Assembly (NCBI RefSeq): GCF_001949145.1
Contig: NW_019091355.1
Location: 4,971,518-5,035,517, forward strand
Reading direction: 5' to 3'
DNA: 64,000 bases
Source of the DNA: Acanthaster planci
Lineage: Eukaryota
Shown here: piece after piece, positions 25,071 through 38,872 of the stretch
Position numbering within the stretch: position 1 is the first letter of the stretch
Layout of the letters: the number at the start of each line of letters is the position of its first letter
The notes under the pieces: model-generated
What the model was told of the DNA's origin: nothing
Database searches by the model: none
Seen by the model: the letters and a program-made list of their open reading frames with translations, nothing else
Made by a program: the position numbers and the translations under genes

Positions 25071-28000
25071 TATCACCCATGGCCTAGACTAGAAACAACA
25101 TGTACAGTGGATATACTGATTACACTTTAGATTTACAGTACTCCTTCATGCATTTTCACTTTTGGTACAGTGCACCCTTTTCACTTTTCATATGCAATCT
25201 GTGGGCTTGTTCCCATGGAACTTTAAAGATCAAATGAAAAGTTCCATGTACTGTCATTAAACCTTCTCCAATGCCTTGATATTATGCAGACATGTAAAAA
25301 GTCCCTACATCTGCATGTATCTGAGAATAATTCACTGGACCAAACACCCAGAAAATATGCAATGCACACACGGTGACTTCCCTTCATGACGCACTTCCCT
25401 GATGAAGAAAAATGCCGCAATTACTTTGCTTAGACCCCAGCTAGTCAGGAGGGCCAGTGGGTGGATACATGTACCAGTACGGGGGTAGTGGAGAAAAGCG
25501 AGGGCGACTCTCTCCGGGAATGTGCCGCGTACTGTTTGCTGGAGTCTAACCAACTTGGGGGTGTTTGGGAGGAGGGAGGGTAGGACCATGACGCTGGCAA
25601 ATAGGGGAGCGGTTCTGATTCCAATCTTCCGATAGTCATGACAGGTTCTGAAGTCCCCCCCCCCTTCACTCTTTGCTGCTTGGCTGAGGCTGTTGATGGG
25701 TGCCCTCAATTAGTTTAGGAAGTAGCGTCTGGGGAGGAAATTATCTTCATGCCGGGAGTGATGAAGGCAAAATGCCGTTCGCTCCTGCACCCCCTTCAGG
25801 TCATAATTTCTTGTTGCATGATCTTGCTGAGTTTTTTACCCATCGCTGAGTGTTCTCTAAACAGGGCATATTCTTGACACAGTGTGTGTTGAAAATTCTC
25901 TCTGCAACATGCCACCTGGTCTCCACTTTAAAGGAGAAAGCTCCTCAAGGAGCAAACTTGCAGTGGATGTCACAAAAACTAACTGAAGGCCTGTTCATAC
26001 TTCAGGCGAATGCGTATGGGAGGTGAGTTTGAAATGTGTTCCACTTCTGCGAATTTGCAGTGCAAATATTCGATCTGACATCACAAATTCGCATTTGTGC
26101 CCACTTTCCCATCGAGTACGATCCGACCTTGACGGTTTGAAGAAGTCCAAAAATGGATAACCCCCCCATTGACAAAATGTTCCGGAATATCACATTTACT
26201 AAGATAAAAATCAGAATGCTGGAAACAATCAATTTGGTCTTTACATATATGTAAATGTGCTACAAAATACAGGTCAAGCAAGAAAGGCTGAAGTCTATTG
26301 GACACAATATTCCATTTCATTAATGAATGAACACCAAGCTTGATATGACATTAGGAAGCACCTTATGACAAGCTGCAAGAACTCTGAAGTGGTTTTCCAA
26401 TTTCCTGGATTGAAGGAGGAGGATTAATTGCTTAATTTCCAATATTAGTCAGTTAAGTTAAGAGTGTTATGCAACAGGAAAACCTTCTAGTTGGGTAATT
26501 AAAGGTAGCCATTCAAGAGTACAAGGCCGCACACATTAAACAAGCACATTAAACAGGTGTGCAAAAGTTGTGCATGAGGGGAGGGGGTAATTTGTAGAGG
26601 CTCCCAAGCTACATGTTTACTACAGCTAGATGAGACAATAGAGAAAGGTACATGTACATGTACATGTCGCTTGTTGACTGCTTGTAAATCTCACACCCAC
26701 TGGCCAATGGAGGATGCCACTGGCTTTGAATAAAGACTACTTTTTTTAATTTATCACACTTTACTTCCAATCTCCCGAACAACAAACTGTGGACACCTGT
26801 TTCTGTTCTAGGTGTAACTTGCAAAGAAAACGCTTTCTTCCAGTGTGGCTTGCCTGGTGTTAGACCACTTAGAAAAACAGGCAGGAACACTGCATGCGTG
26901 CAGGCTCATTAATAGCTGTAAACAATCTGGTTTGTGCCGCTGGAAATTAAGTTCAACGGATTGGGCGGGCAAGGTGTGAGACCAGACAAAATTGACCGTG
27001 ACTGCTTGGCTCCAAATGCTTCCTCTAAACCTCTGCATTGGGTTCCTACGTGTTCGTTGCGGTATGGTAACTTAACCACGATCTTTAGACAAGAACAACT
27101 CAGGACATTAACTGTCAGTTCAAGGATTTCCCTCGATGAAGATGCAAACCATCACCATGGAAACGGGTGACACTACTGCTATATTTTGTCATTTTGAAAT
27201 GCCCCGGGTGGGAGGTTAAATCAGGCCTACCGAGACAAACATCGAGAATGCAAAAATAGCCATGAAATACACGCTTAACATTAACATTATGTCAGCCAAA
27301 TACGTCAACAAGTCAACATGTGAGGTTTTTGTCAACATGTTTACAAGCGGCAAGTCATGCACGCACAAGCTGGGACTGAGACAGGTTTCTTCCTCTGTGA
27401 AAAGCTGGCACAGTGCTTAATGATTTCACTAGGATAACTCAATGAAGTGTATGGGAAGGAATGCTGGCATTAACTGCCTTCACCATTTTCCACCTCTTCA
27501 AGTTGTTTTTTTCTCTTTGGGCACGCTCCGAATGGAAAATAACTTGGAAGACACACGGTCTATGTTTCTTGTACCATTTAAGTCTTTGGGTGTGCGTGGT
27601 TGCATCAATGGGATGTGCTGTGGAATAAAAGTTGACTTTCCTCTGCGAAGAGTTAATTGATCCATACACATGAGAGACTCCAACTGTTCAAACAAGCTCA
27701 TTTAAAGTGACATCTCGAGAGAGCAGCTGGCCACTTCACTTACACTGTATTCAGAAAAATAAAATCTTTGATAAAGCGACCTGGCACCAAGACACCTAAC
27801 GGGAAATTTGTTCAGGCCAGAATGGGCAGGTGGTCACTGTGGTTGATCAACCCTTGGGTCCTTGCTCTAGGTTCTAAACTAAAAAATGTTCTCACATCTG
27901 TCACAAGATGGCCGACCACATTGCTGCCTGTGGATAAGCTTAGCACAGGGAGATAATGGGCTGGAAACATGGCCCTCCAGAGGGGCTGTATTCCCAGGAC

Positions 28001-30019
28001 AGACAGTTACACTTTCAGGAACTGTTATCTTTCCATTAAGTAAAAGCTAATCACTTGGTACATGGGATTGACTCAAAAGTCATTTATCTTACCCGAGTTA
28101 TGTTTTGATTCAATTTGTTGTTTTGATAATGAGGGGCAGAGTGAGCTAGTGTAAACAGGGGAACAAGTGTTTGCTTTTCCAGTGAAGTTTAACAACATAA
28201 TCAATCCTGTTCACACTCTGCGGGAGGTAAATTTCTTGGGAAATGGTCTGGCTAGCAAACTCAAAATCCAAAAACAACCAAACTACCTTCAATGAACTAC
28301 TCTTTTTGACACGAAAAAATATTACCCTTATAATTGCAGGTACCGGGGTACAATTTCAAAACAAGATGACCTTTGGATGGACATACATATAAGAGCTTTC
28401 TTCAAAGCAAATAATGCCAGGATCTTATTAGCTTTCATCCTCTTTCTCAAACACAAGTGGAAGTTATTAGATGAGATCTGAAGATTTGAGGGGAATGTGC
28501 AAAAGTGAGTCGTAGGCTTTCATGTGTATAAGCGTACACCTGCCCTAACTACACTGGTCTCTACCTACGCACCTGTAGAGAGGACTTGTTATTAGATTGG
28601 GGGCCAGAGGCATATTATGTCTGCTTCAGCAGAAGCAAAAAATAGTTCAAGGATTTCAGGCCTTCCACAGAATGTCAACAACAAGTCAGCAGTCAATCTC
28701 ATCCTTGAGAGGACACGTGAAAACAGCTGGAATTCTTTCTTTTGGGATGACTTACAAATGCGACTCAAGAGAAGACTATAATGTTGAAAGAGGGGCAAAC
28801 TTGTTTACAGCGTTTGTATCTGATAACGGTCCTGTACAAATCTCGATCTGCAATTTGAATACAAATGTACAAAGAATTATCTGAAGAACTTCAAGAGGAG
28901 TGCTTGTCTCCATGTTTGCCTGACACGATTTTGACAATAATGCAGAGGTCAAGCTTACAGAGTGTTGACTTTTAACTGTTTGTTCCTGTTTGCCCAACAA
29001 AACCGCACACTGAATTCCTCACCACTGATGTTCAAGTATTTAATAATTGGAAATTCAGGAGGTAAATGATTTTTTTCTGAAAGTGTCAAATGCCAATGAA
29101 GACAAGGCATCTTTCAGGGACATTTCTGATGAACAAGAAACACACATTTGCAGAGTCAACAAAACAGGTTTGATGCAACCACTGCATTTCCTAGTGATTT
29201 TGTTTCAGACTCGAAAGTACTGTACACGCATTTAGAACGAACAATTCTCCGTTAGTACTCGGGCCTCAGCTCAATCGCCCTCCCTGCTGACGCAAAGTGC
29301 ACTGACAGCCCGGGATATCCAGGGCTTTGGAGGGGCATGTATGATGGCAGTATCTATCTAGCCTAATCCCTGATCCCCTCTTGTCTAATCCCTGTCTGAT
29401 CTCCATGTTGAGTGCAGTGAATAATGTACACAGGCCACATTCATGTCAGCCAAATGTTGTGGGGGAGGAGGGGAATACATATACACATACAAGTGTTGTG
29501 TCTAAAAGAAATGGAGTACCCGTACCTGTACATACACGTGCATGTAACATGTACGAGTTCTGAATGCACCATGTCTTATAACTTCATGAAAAATCAAAGG
29601 AGTGCATATACGACATTGTTTTGTAAAAATAACAAATACCGGGTAATGCATCCAAACTGTTTATTCGTGTATAATAAAAAATGTGTCAACTGGAAATACA
29701 AACAACAATTACTTAAACCTGAGCTCCTATTACAGTATACTACAATGCATGTATAACTTCCAGGTATAAGCCTGCCCGTGATTGTGCGAGTACATGTGTA
29801 CTCCAGAGTATGCAGACCTACATGTACATGTAGTGAGCAAGTACATGCACATATACCCCCTGGAGGCTGCTGCATAACAAAGGAAGATGATGGTGTGGTG
29901 ATGGTGGTGAATCCACAGTGGTGATGGTGATAATGGTGACTGTACATGTCCGGTTGCTTTAATGAACTCAGTTTAATTACTTGGAGAATACATGACAGAG
30001 CAAAGAAAAAAAGACTCAC

Positions 30020-30127
30020 CTGAGAAATTGACGTTTTCATGTTGGTGGCCAATGCAAAAGGATAATCTCGGCTATGCAATGTTTCTGGATTGTTTGCAAG
30101 CAACACAACCATTAAATTCTTTCCCAT
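30020..30127 (-). CDS. Candidate alternative first coding exon of the RasGEF1 gene (MGKNLMVV...TNMKTSISQ, or MKTSISQ from ATG 30040)
   Basis: CAG|GTGAGT consensus donor in phase 0; CAACATG context at 30040. It could instead be a recursive splice site. Confidence 0.33.
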
Positions 30128-33100
30128 TCAGATTATGAGTGTCTTTTATAGTGGTTCTCTGGCACACATGTAAATCAAGGAAATGTAAACTAAGTCTTCT
30201 GTTTCAGTTATGTTACGTGTTACCACAGAACACCAGGAAATGTGCTGGATTTGTTTCAGATTGATTCTAAATATATACATTTGGAATCACCCATGTTTTT
30301 TTTGTTTTTTTTTTGAGGGAGGCAGGGTTCCGACACGCGGTCTAAAACTGAAAGTGGTGCGGAAGTCAGGAGACAGGTGCATGCAAATGAGTGATATATT
30401 TCTTTGCTTTTAAGTTGCGTAATGACTCCCAAAAAGGTGAACGAAACAAACTTGAGAAATTTTGCTTTAGGGGAAATCCAAACATGCCAAGTCCAAAAAG
30501 GGATTGTTTACCTTCGGGCCACACCATAAATGGGGTGAAACATGTTGTGAATGCATGGCAATACATACAGTGTACAGTACATGAGTCCTTCAGCCATAAC
30601 ACAACCAAAATGTAATAAAAAAAAACAATCAGTAAAAGTTTTACATGTAAAGAATGGAAAAGGGTCATGTAAAGTCTATTGTATACGTAATTCTCCTATT
30701 GCTAGAGCGGAAGAAATAATAGCTGGTGTACTCATGTACAATGACATGTAGGAAAGTGCTTGCCCCTCGAACACTGTACTTCTTTAAACACTGCAACCAA
30801 GCATTCGTCCTAATGGAAAACCCTTGGCACACACCTGCCTCCCCTTAAACACTGTGAAACTGGGCGTTGTCTGTTCAGATCACATGCTTGTTCATACTGG
30901 TAGTCACCACATTTCAAATGTATGTCTGTACGCAGGGCGGTACGCATCACAGGTGGGGCCCACATGTTTGGCAATCCCCCTCCCCAAAAAATTGAAATTA
31001 CAAATCTCACTTTCTGAATTTACAAAAACGGTCTACAGGATGTTAACAAACCTTTTGATCCCACAATCAATGTCATATTTTTATATCAATTTCTTGAAAT
31101 GAAGCTCTGTGTTTTAGGTGCATCTGAATTTTTCTAAACTGATTTCGTCAAGGTTGAATCTGCCATCACGTGCTTTGCTTACAATGCATTCTTTGAGTTT
31201 TTATTTTACTGTGTTCACACTGCTGATAGCGTATGAATACGGAATGATTAATAGTGATGCGGTTCAATAATTACCGGGCATTCATGCGGTGAAACGTGCC
31301 CTGGTTCTAAACTGAGTCTGTGGTTGCTTTAGTGTTTTGCACTGGATAGTTTCTGGGATGACTTCTGCATGTGCGGTAGTGAGTCTTACTTTTCAAGTGT
31401 CACCCCAGCATCTTAAGACACAAAGAAGCGCTGATTTACATGTAATTTGGCTGAAGTAAAAATGATCATACACGTACTTCAAAAGAAAGTCAAAATACCC
31501 TAAGTTAAGACATTGCAGCCGTGTACGATCCCTACAATTTTACCAGTCATCACCCTAAAATGGCCAGGAATACCAGACTTGGGCTCAGGTGCTGTGACTT
31601 TGAAGGATAAGCACCAACAGCATCAACTCCAACATCTATGACTACAATAAAACCCAGATGCAACTACCAGTAACTATGAACCATGACAGTTTGTTATCTT
31701 AAACAGCCCTTCACCATGGTACACAAACGAAGAGGCTTTCTGAATTGGAGAAATTTGACAGATTTAATATACACGTAGTAAGAGGATTAAAGTCCTGCAT
31801 GAAAGGAAGACCTTGAAATAGAGACCAAAAATATTATACAAAATACAATTCAACCTTTTCACACATGATGGACACCCACACAAATACACCCGTTCTAAAC
31901 CACTTTTGTTACTCAAGGGACTTGTCCTCTATATATATGCACCATACTGTGAAGCCCAGGGTTAACACCCAAATCGACTCAAAACTTTCGCAACAGGTAT
32001 GGGAGAAGTTTTTGTGCTTGTTGAAAGCCGTGAAGGGAAGGGACCGTGAAGGAGAACATACACGTAAATGAACGGAGGTGGAAATTCACAATAGTTGCCA
32101 AGGTAATTAAGGTTGGCCAAGTGGTTGCACAAAGGTAAAACTTTTCCCCCCAATATATCTCAGCGGTGAAATTCCAGGCGGAGGCCTTTGTGGTTTGCCA
32201 AACAAAGACTGCAGGGCCAGACTGGAATACTTTCACGACCCTGGTTGTGCGTTCACATATTTCAGCACACTGTGAACTTGCAAAACTGTCAAGAGCAATG
32301 CGCTCAATGGTAGGAAGCTGTGCAGACATCTATAAAATATTTGAGAGGGGCGTCAGGGAATGCAACACTTTCAAGCCCACAATGAAATCAATGACCCAAC
32401 TCCTTCAGTTTCCCAGCACGAGCTGAGTGAGCCATGACCCTGTTCAGAGTTATCGTACATGTATGATGGATCATGACTCACACTCTCTCAGGACTCTACA
32501 CTCGGGGACTCACATGTGGATTTCACACTTGAGTTTACTCCAATACAGATCAGACCAATAGCTGAAGAATATGAGAACGTCAACATTCCATGTAATTCAC
32601 GTAAGACCTTGATTGGTCTCACCTATCGCCATTACACAGACTGATAATCAAAGGAGACAAACATTAAACAAGTAATGCTACATCCGAGTCCTTGCTGTTT
32701 AAGCGCTACAGAGCTATATCTATAAAAACGAGAGCGTTGACTCATGTACGAAATGATACCTGTTGGGTGTATCTATGTTTGTGCACAAACGGACAGAAAA
32801 CAATTTACATATCTATGTCTGTATTCTAAAATTATGCATCAACAAAGCCGATACGCAAAAACCTGAATGTACAATCAGTACATGACCGTTTCATTTTGCC
32901 TTGCAATGCAAACAATGCAAACGCATGGGCGTATGTGCTGCAGATAATTTTGCTGTGACTTTTCCAGTCAGGACCCGCTGCGTGTCGCATTTCGATATTC
33001 ACTCTGTCTGATTCTAAATGCTCTACAAGCATGCACATGGATTCAAATTGTCTATGCCCAGGACGACGTCCAATTTTCTCTGCGCAGAGGATGAGAAGCT

Positions 33101-36100
33101 AATACTCTAGTAATTTTAATACAGCTCTATGGCAAGTACCAAGAAGACAAAACTGTGTGAACTGGCCAGATGCAGGTACTTGCCAAGTACAATCATGGGT
33201 TTGTTGGGAGGGACTCCATTATACGCCTGACCCGACAGGGTCAAAGTAAAGGGTTACAACTTGACTGGGGGAGAAGTGAGCCAAATTTCGGTGTTGCTGG
33301 AAGGAACAAGTACATGCGCTTTGAAGATTTTAAACAAGTACTGATCAAATATGAAGACAGGGGCAGTCAAAAAAATAAATGTCAGAGGAATTTTGCGATT
33401 AAGCAAAAGTGGGTTAAAGGGGTTTGGGAATATTATGCATACCAGTCTGCTTATATCAGGTTGTTTACGTAGAGAGATCACTGACAAGAAGACAAGTAAC
33501 TGCCTACATGTACAATAAACATTAATAGGACCAGTGCCCCCAAAATAACTACATCATGTTGGAATTTAAATAAAGCAAGCCAAATTCCATGGTATGCTCA
33601 TTCACAGATACCAGTTTGAAGTTTCACCCACAGAGAGTCTTGGAACTTGTAACAGAAATGCACAGCAAATTTTATAGTTCCCCTTCCAGCAAGTTTCCTT
33701 TCTATCTACCACTGGAGTTCAATGACCAATTCTGACAGTGAAACTTCAATTACACCCAGCATGCCACTCTGTCCATCCACAGGTAACCTTTCTTTGTAAC
33801 CCTTGTCTCCAGGGGTATTTCTTATTGTGGGCTACCGGTCCGGGTATCTCACAACCATCGCTCAGCCGGCTGTCTTCAGTTGGAAGCAGATTTACAAGGC
33901 CCAATCACACAAAAAAGTTAACATCTCTTTGTGTCAAATATAGTAGCCTGATTGTAGGGCCCAGTGAAATGAGGGTCCCAAGTCAATGACTTCCCTGTGG
34001 GACCGGGAGAGACATTTTCAGCTCGCAAATCAGATGTGTGGCCACATGCGATTACTACCTTCACAGAGTGCGGTGATTGGGACACAAAATTTATCAGTCA
34101 TCTCGATCACATTTAAATCTCTCAACAGAATTTCTTGATGGAAACAGAGAGAGGTGGACTAATATTATTGGGTTGCCAATATTTATCTGTTGTGATTTGT
34201 GAGACAGTAATAAACCGACTATTTGGGGCAATTCTTCACTTTGCACAGCTGAATGACTCAGGAGAACAACAGAGAAAAGAGCTCTTCCGCAACAGTGTTG
34301 AAACTTGACGGACGCAAAGTGAAGACAGCCAGTGAGAAAAATGCAAAGCTTCCTTGTTTTTCTGGAGAACTAAAACTCACATCATGGCTTGCCATTACAG
34401 CCTGCAACCAAACACGCCGACAGCATGACAAATGAAAAACAACATGTGACAATACAGCACATGATGTGTCACGCTGCTGTGGCAATACCTTGGGGGATTC
34501 CCCAAAGTTTCATCACCATAACACATGATTGAACAAACAAGGAAGTGTATGTGGCTCCCCGTGATCACTTTTGTGTGTATCAAAATACTTTCATTTTATA
34601 CTGGCAAGCAATTTCAAGCTGAAACCCCAACAATGACAAACTCCAACACAAAAGCAACATTCCTCACCAGTAATAATTTGATAATTACAAATTCCGTCCT
34701 TTCACAATATTGCTAACATATTTTATGTGTGAAATATATTTATGTGGAATTTTACTATAATCCCACTTAAACATGCCAGTTTGCATCCATAAAAGTACCT
34801 TTTATTCTATCTCCAAAGGGAAAACGCGGGGGGAATTCATATTGATCATACCCACAGCCAGTTGAAGCATGCATTTCTAACCTGGAAAAGTGGCATGATA
34901 AGGGGGAACTCGCAAAAGCAACCAAAATCTCTAATTAAACCAAGGATCGTTGGGGGAAAGGGTGCAGGAAACTGAATTAATAGGGACTCAGACACCAATA
35001 TATGACTTCTAAAAATGACAAAAAAAGAATCCATTAAAGAAAAAGAACCCCCCCCCAAAATGCAAAAAACCAAAAGGACAACAAGACTGAAAAGACTTAA
35101 CACCAAAACTCCAAAAGACTAAATTTTTAAAAGAACTAAAAACCAAAATAGATCTAGTGAAAAGCTTTTGGCTTTCAATCAAAATGACTCTTTAGAAGCA
35201 GACAGAAATCTGACTCAAGCAGAAAACCACACTCCAGCAAGGAGGAACAACTACATGAACAGTGTCCCTGCTGGTCTTCTCTTCAAACTTAAAGTGTGAT
35301 CAGAGCACGGGGGCCAAGTTCTATGGGTACAAGGGCTGAAGTAAATAAACAGGGGGATACGCTAACAGAAAAATACAGGGTAACTCTAAACTAAAACTGG
35401 GTATTTTTAAAGGGGAACAACTCCTATGAAAGGACGCTTGCAAAAAGTCTCACAAATTTCTACCTCTGCCACACGTTCTAGTGGCCTTATTTCCAACTTG
35501 AGTTGAAACAGCAAACCAAAGTGTGGCATCTTTTGGAAGGATGTAGACTCTCCACACACTGCTCATATTATCACAGAAATTTCCTTTGATTTCGCCACAG
35601 AGAAAAAATGACCAGTGATACAAATCTACACTATTGCTAATTGTGGAGTTGAGCTGTCTTCGGAAGCTACATGTACATGTGTCATGAACTACACCAAAAC
35701 AGAACTGTTGATACTTGCTTAGGATTTTGAGCTGGCAGCCTGTTATGTGGGACAAACATCTAATTTGCATCTTATCGAGAGAACCACTTTCTGCGCAACA
35801 AAGAGCGACCCCACGCGGGAAGAAATGGCAACTTTTTACGCAGCACTATATGCAATGATGCCCATTTGGTGAGGTCTCACCATATGCGCACACAGGTTCA
35901 TGCACACTTGGTACCAGCGGGTCCTTGCTCTATGGTACAAGCCAAGGTACCGGTTCACGTGGGAATGTTGATCTTCTCATGTGCACTTGTCTGGTAGAAA
36001 AAAACAAGGCCAAAAAGGCTCATTTTCTCTCACACAAACACACAACTCATTTTAACCAGGGACTTCTTGCTCAGATTACTTGGGCTCCTCCTGTTGATTT

Positions 36101-38747
36101 GTCCATGAATTGGCAAGAAATCCCAGGAACCAACTACTCCATAAAAAAAAAAGAAACCTGTCCCATTAGGGCACACTGCTTCAAGGTTCACTGAGCTCTA
36201 GGGACTACGGGAGCATTGGAATAGCTCTCTGTACCACTCCGTGCTAAGTTAGCACCATGCCAGGCTGTAGCATACAGACCACAAACATGTGGTACATGCA
36301 TCATACTCTGCAGAGGTACTGGCACACAGCTTATTAGTGTATCATGCAGTGACAATCAGCTGCTAACCGGGTGCAACCCATGATTTCCTTGATTGGTTGT
36401 AACTACAGGAATTGCCAGAAATATGGGAGGGGAACGACTGAAAGATGGATTCATATGAGCATGTACCTACCAGTATTACTGTATTTGTACACACGCGTTC
36501 AACCAATCGCCAAAAAAGGAAATTGATCACTTAGGCCTATAAATCAATGTTATTTCGATCAGGAAAATGACTCAAGTTGCAAAGATCTTTCCAAATTTAA
36601 TTGCAAAATACTGGTATTCACCACTGATACAAAACTGACTGAATCACAAACAGGATACAAATCTGGCTCAAAATTCAATAGCACTTTGGCCCTCAGTCCA
36701 AATTAGATTATAGGTCTTCCACTGTTAACAAAATGAAAAACAGCACTGTTTGAGCATTCTGCAGCGCTGCACAAGCCACGATAATAACTCCAATCTTGGG
36801 GGGATGGGGCGGCACCTCGGGATTCTAGTCCAGAAAAGAATTTCTGACATCATTTGAATTCTTGGGGAATTGCGAGAATTGTTACAGGTGAAAAGGGGAG
36901 TTGGTTGTGAATGCCTGCAAAGTGCAGGAACTCATCCCCCCTCTCCCGTCCAAGCTCTGAATCTGATCAGTCACTGCCAATGGTGCACAATTTGCCCATG
37001 GCAACTAAATTTGAAACCATTTCTGGCATAGCAAACTGTTTTAGCAGTCTTTGGCTGTTACACTGTACACGTTACTACTGGCTGTGTGCAGAGCTGTAGA
37101 GGGCGCTGCATAGCCTACTAAAGATAGCCCCACAGGCTAATGGCTTTATCAAAACAAGCGAAACTAGGTCTCACCATTTATAACACAATACCTTCTGTCA
37201 TCCACTGCTGATGATGACAGCATCCTGCATGTACACTGCAGTCATGAGTCCATGAAATGACACCCCTTTGCAGATATAATGGACTGATCCAGTAACAGCC
37301 AGGTGGCATTTCACACAATAACACCTTGCAGACTGTAAAGTGTGAAAGGCCTTGGCTGGGAACACCCCCTGTCCCATACTAAAAGTAGTACAAACCACAG
37401 TACATGTACATGTACATACCGTGATGTATCTGCAAATCCAATACAACAGTAATGCTGTGCAACAGCATCACACAAAAGGTATGGAAGTTGAATGAAACGA
37501 ACGTATTTGTGCCAAATTCTGCAGAACACTTTTTTAATAGATGTAGTGTACATATGAATACGGAACGCCCTGAGCCTGAATAAATGCAGTTGCTTGCGAG
37601 ACATTCAGTATTTTTTTGCGGCTGTGCTGTTGCTGTGAACTACGAAATGTGCATGAAGACTGTCCAACTACACTGCATGTGTCCAGATTTTGGTTAGCAG
37701 GTATTAGAATAGAACAAGGACCTGATCTCACGCATGAGGCCGGACGTTAGGACAAGCAATGTTCTCAAAGATCATGAAAAAAGTGAATGGCTGATAATGC
37801 ACCTTGGCCAAACTGCCTTCAAGGTAAAATCCTTTGGGCCAAATTTTCTCACATATACATGATACAGAACTCAATGCCTACTGAGTACTGAAATCAGTTG
37901 ACATTTAGCCAAAGGTCTGATGAACAACAAGAAACCGGTCATTGTGAAGATCTTTATATAAGCTCACGTGTACAGTGACAGGTTGAGGTGAGACCGGGTA
38001 GATATCTTTGACTTGAAGATCTTCCAAGTTTCATGGCACACATTCAACATGTACATGTACACGTACATGTAGATCTTCCTCTTCTCAAATATTGCACGTA
38101 CAATGTATATCTTCAGGACTGTTTGTAAGTTTACTAACTAAAAGAGCTTATCTGCATACGACAAGGAAACAGGTGGTGGTTGGCATATGCATGTACATTA
38201 TTACATGATGTGTTCAAGGGTAAACAGCTACAAACAGAAAGGCAAACTAAAGTTTTTCCATCTGTTGCCACGGAGTGAGCATCAGCCTTCAGGATGGATT
38301 AGGGACAAGCCTTGAGCACTATGTTATCACAACAAAGCAGGGGTTTCCAATCACAGGTAGGGAAGCTCAAGCAACAAACCAAGGATCTGCAAAGGATCTG
38401 GGAAGGATTCCGGGACCAAAGGATCCCTGGATGATGGCCTTCCTTTCAGGGTCCAGAGGAATTGCTGTCCTTAGCAAAGTTTGTCTGCCCGCATGGCCTG
38501 ACTGAATGAGTAGACAACAGAAGCCGAGGGAAACAGAGTGGAAGCCCATCAATGTCCGTGAATAAGGGTCCAGAGAAGTGACAGATACTGGTATCAAGAA
38601 ATGGGTTTTGGAAAATTTCAGAGAAATCCAGGAATACATTTTCACTCCATACCATAGTTGATGGCAGAATCTGTGCACAATAGAGTAGCTTTGGTTTGGA
38701 AGCGTAAACACCAACTGGGCCAAGTTTGCGGCCGCAATGCCCAACAG

Positions 38748-38872
38748 ATGTACATGTACAGTTGAACATGTACATGTACGGTATACATGTACATGTATAT
38801 AGGCCTGTGCATGTGCACGTGTAAAATGCGAACAGTTTCTCGTGACATGTATGTATATAGGCCTACATGTGT
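38748..38872. repeat. (TACATG)n-rich palindromic simple-sequence cluster
   Basis: Multiple GTACATGTAC runs. Similar arrays occur at 26648-26667, 37400-37418, 38048-38071, 43161-43183 and 46277-46308. Confidence 0.8.

Noticed and set aside
33170..33472. 100-aa plus-strand ATG-initiated ORF as a nested gene
   Set aside because: No family motif recognised and no supporting exon structure; it needs a database search and is not supportable by eye.
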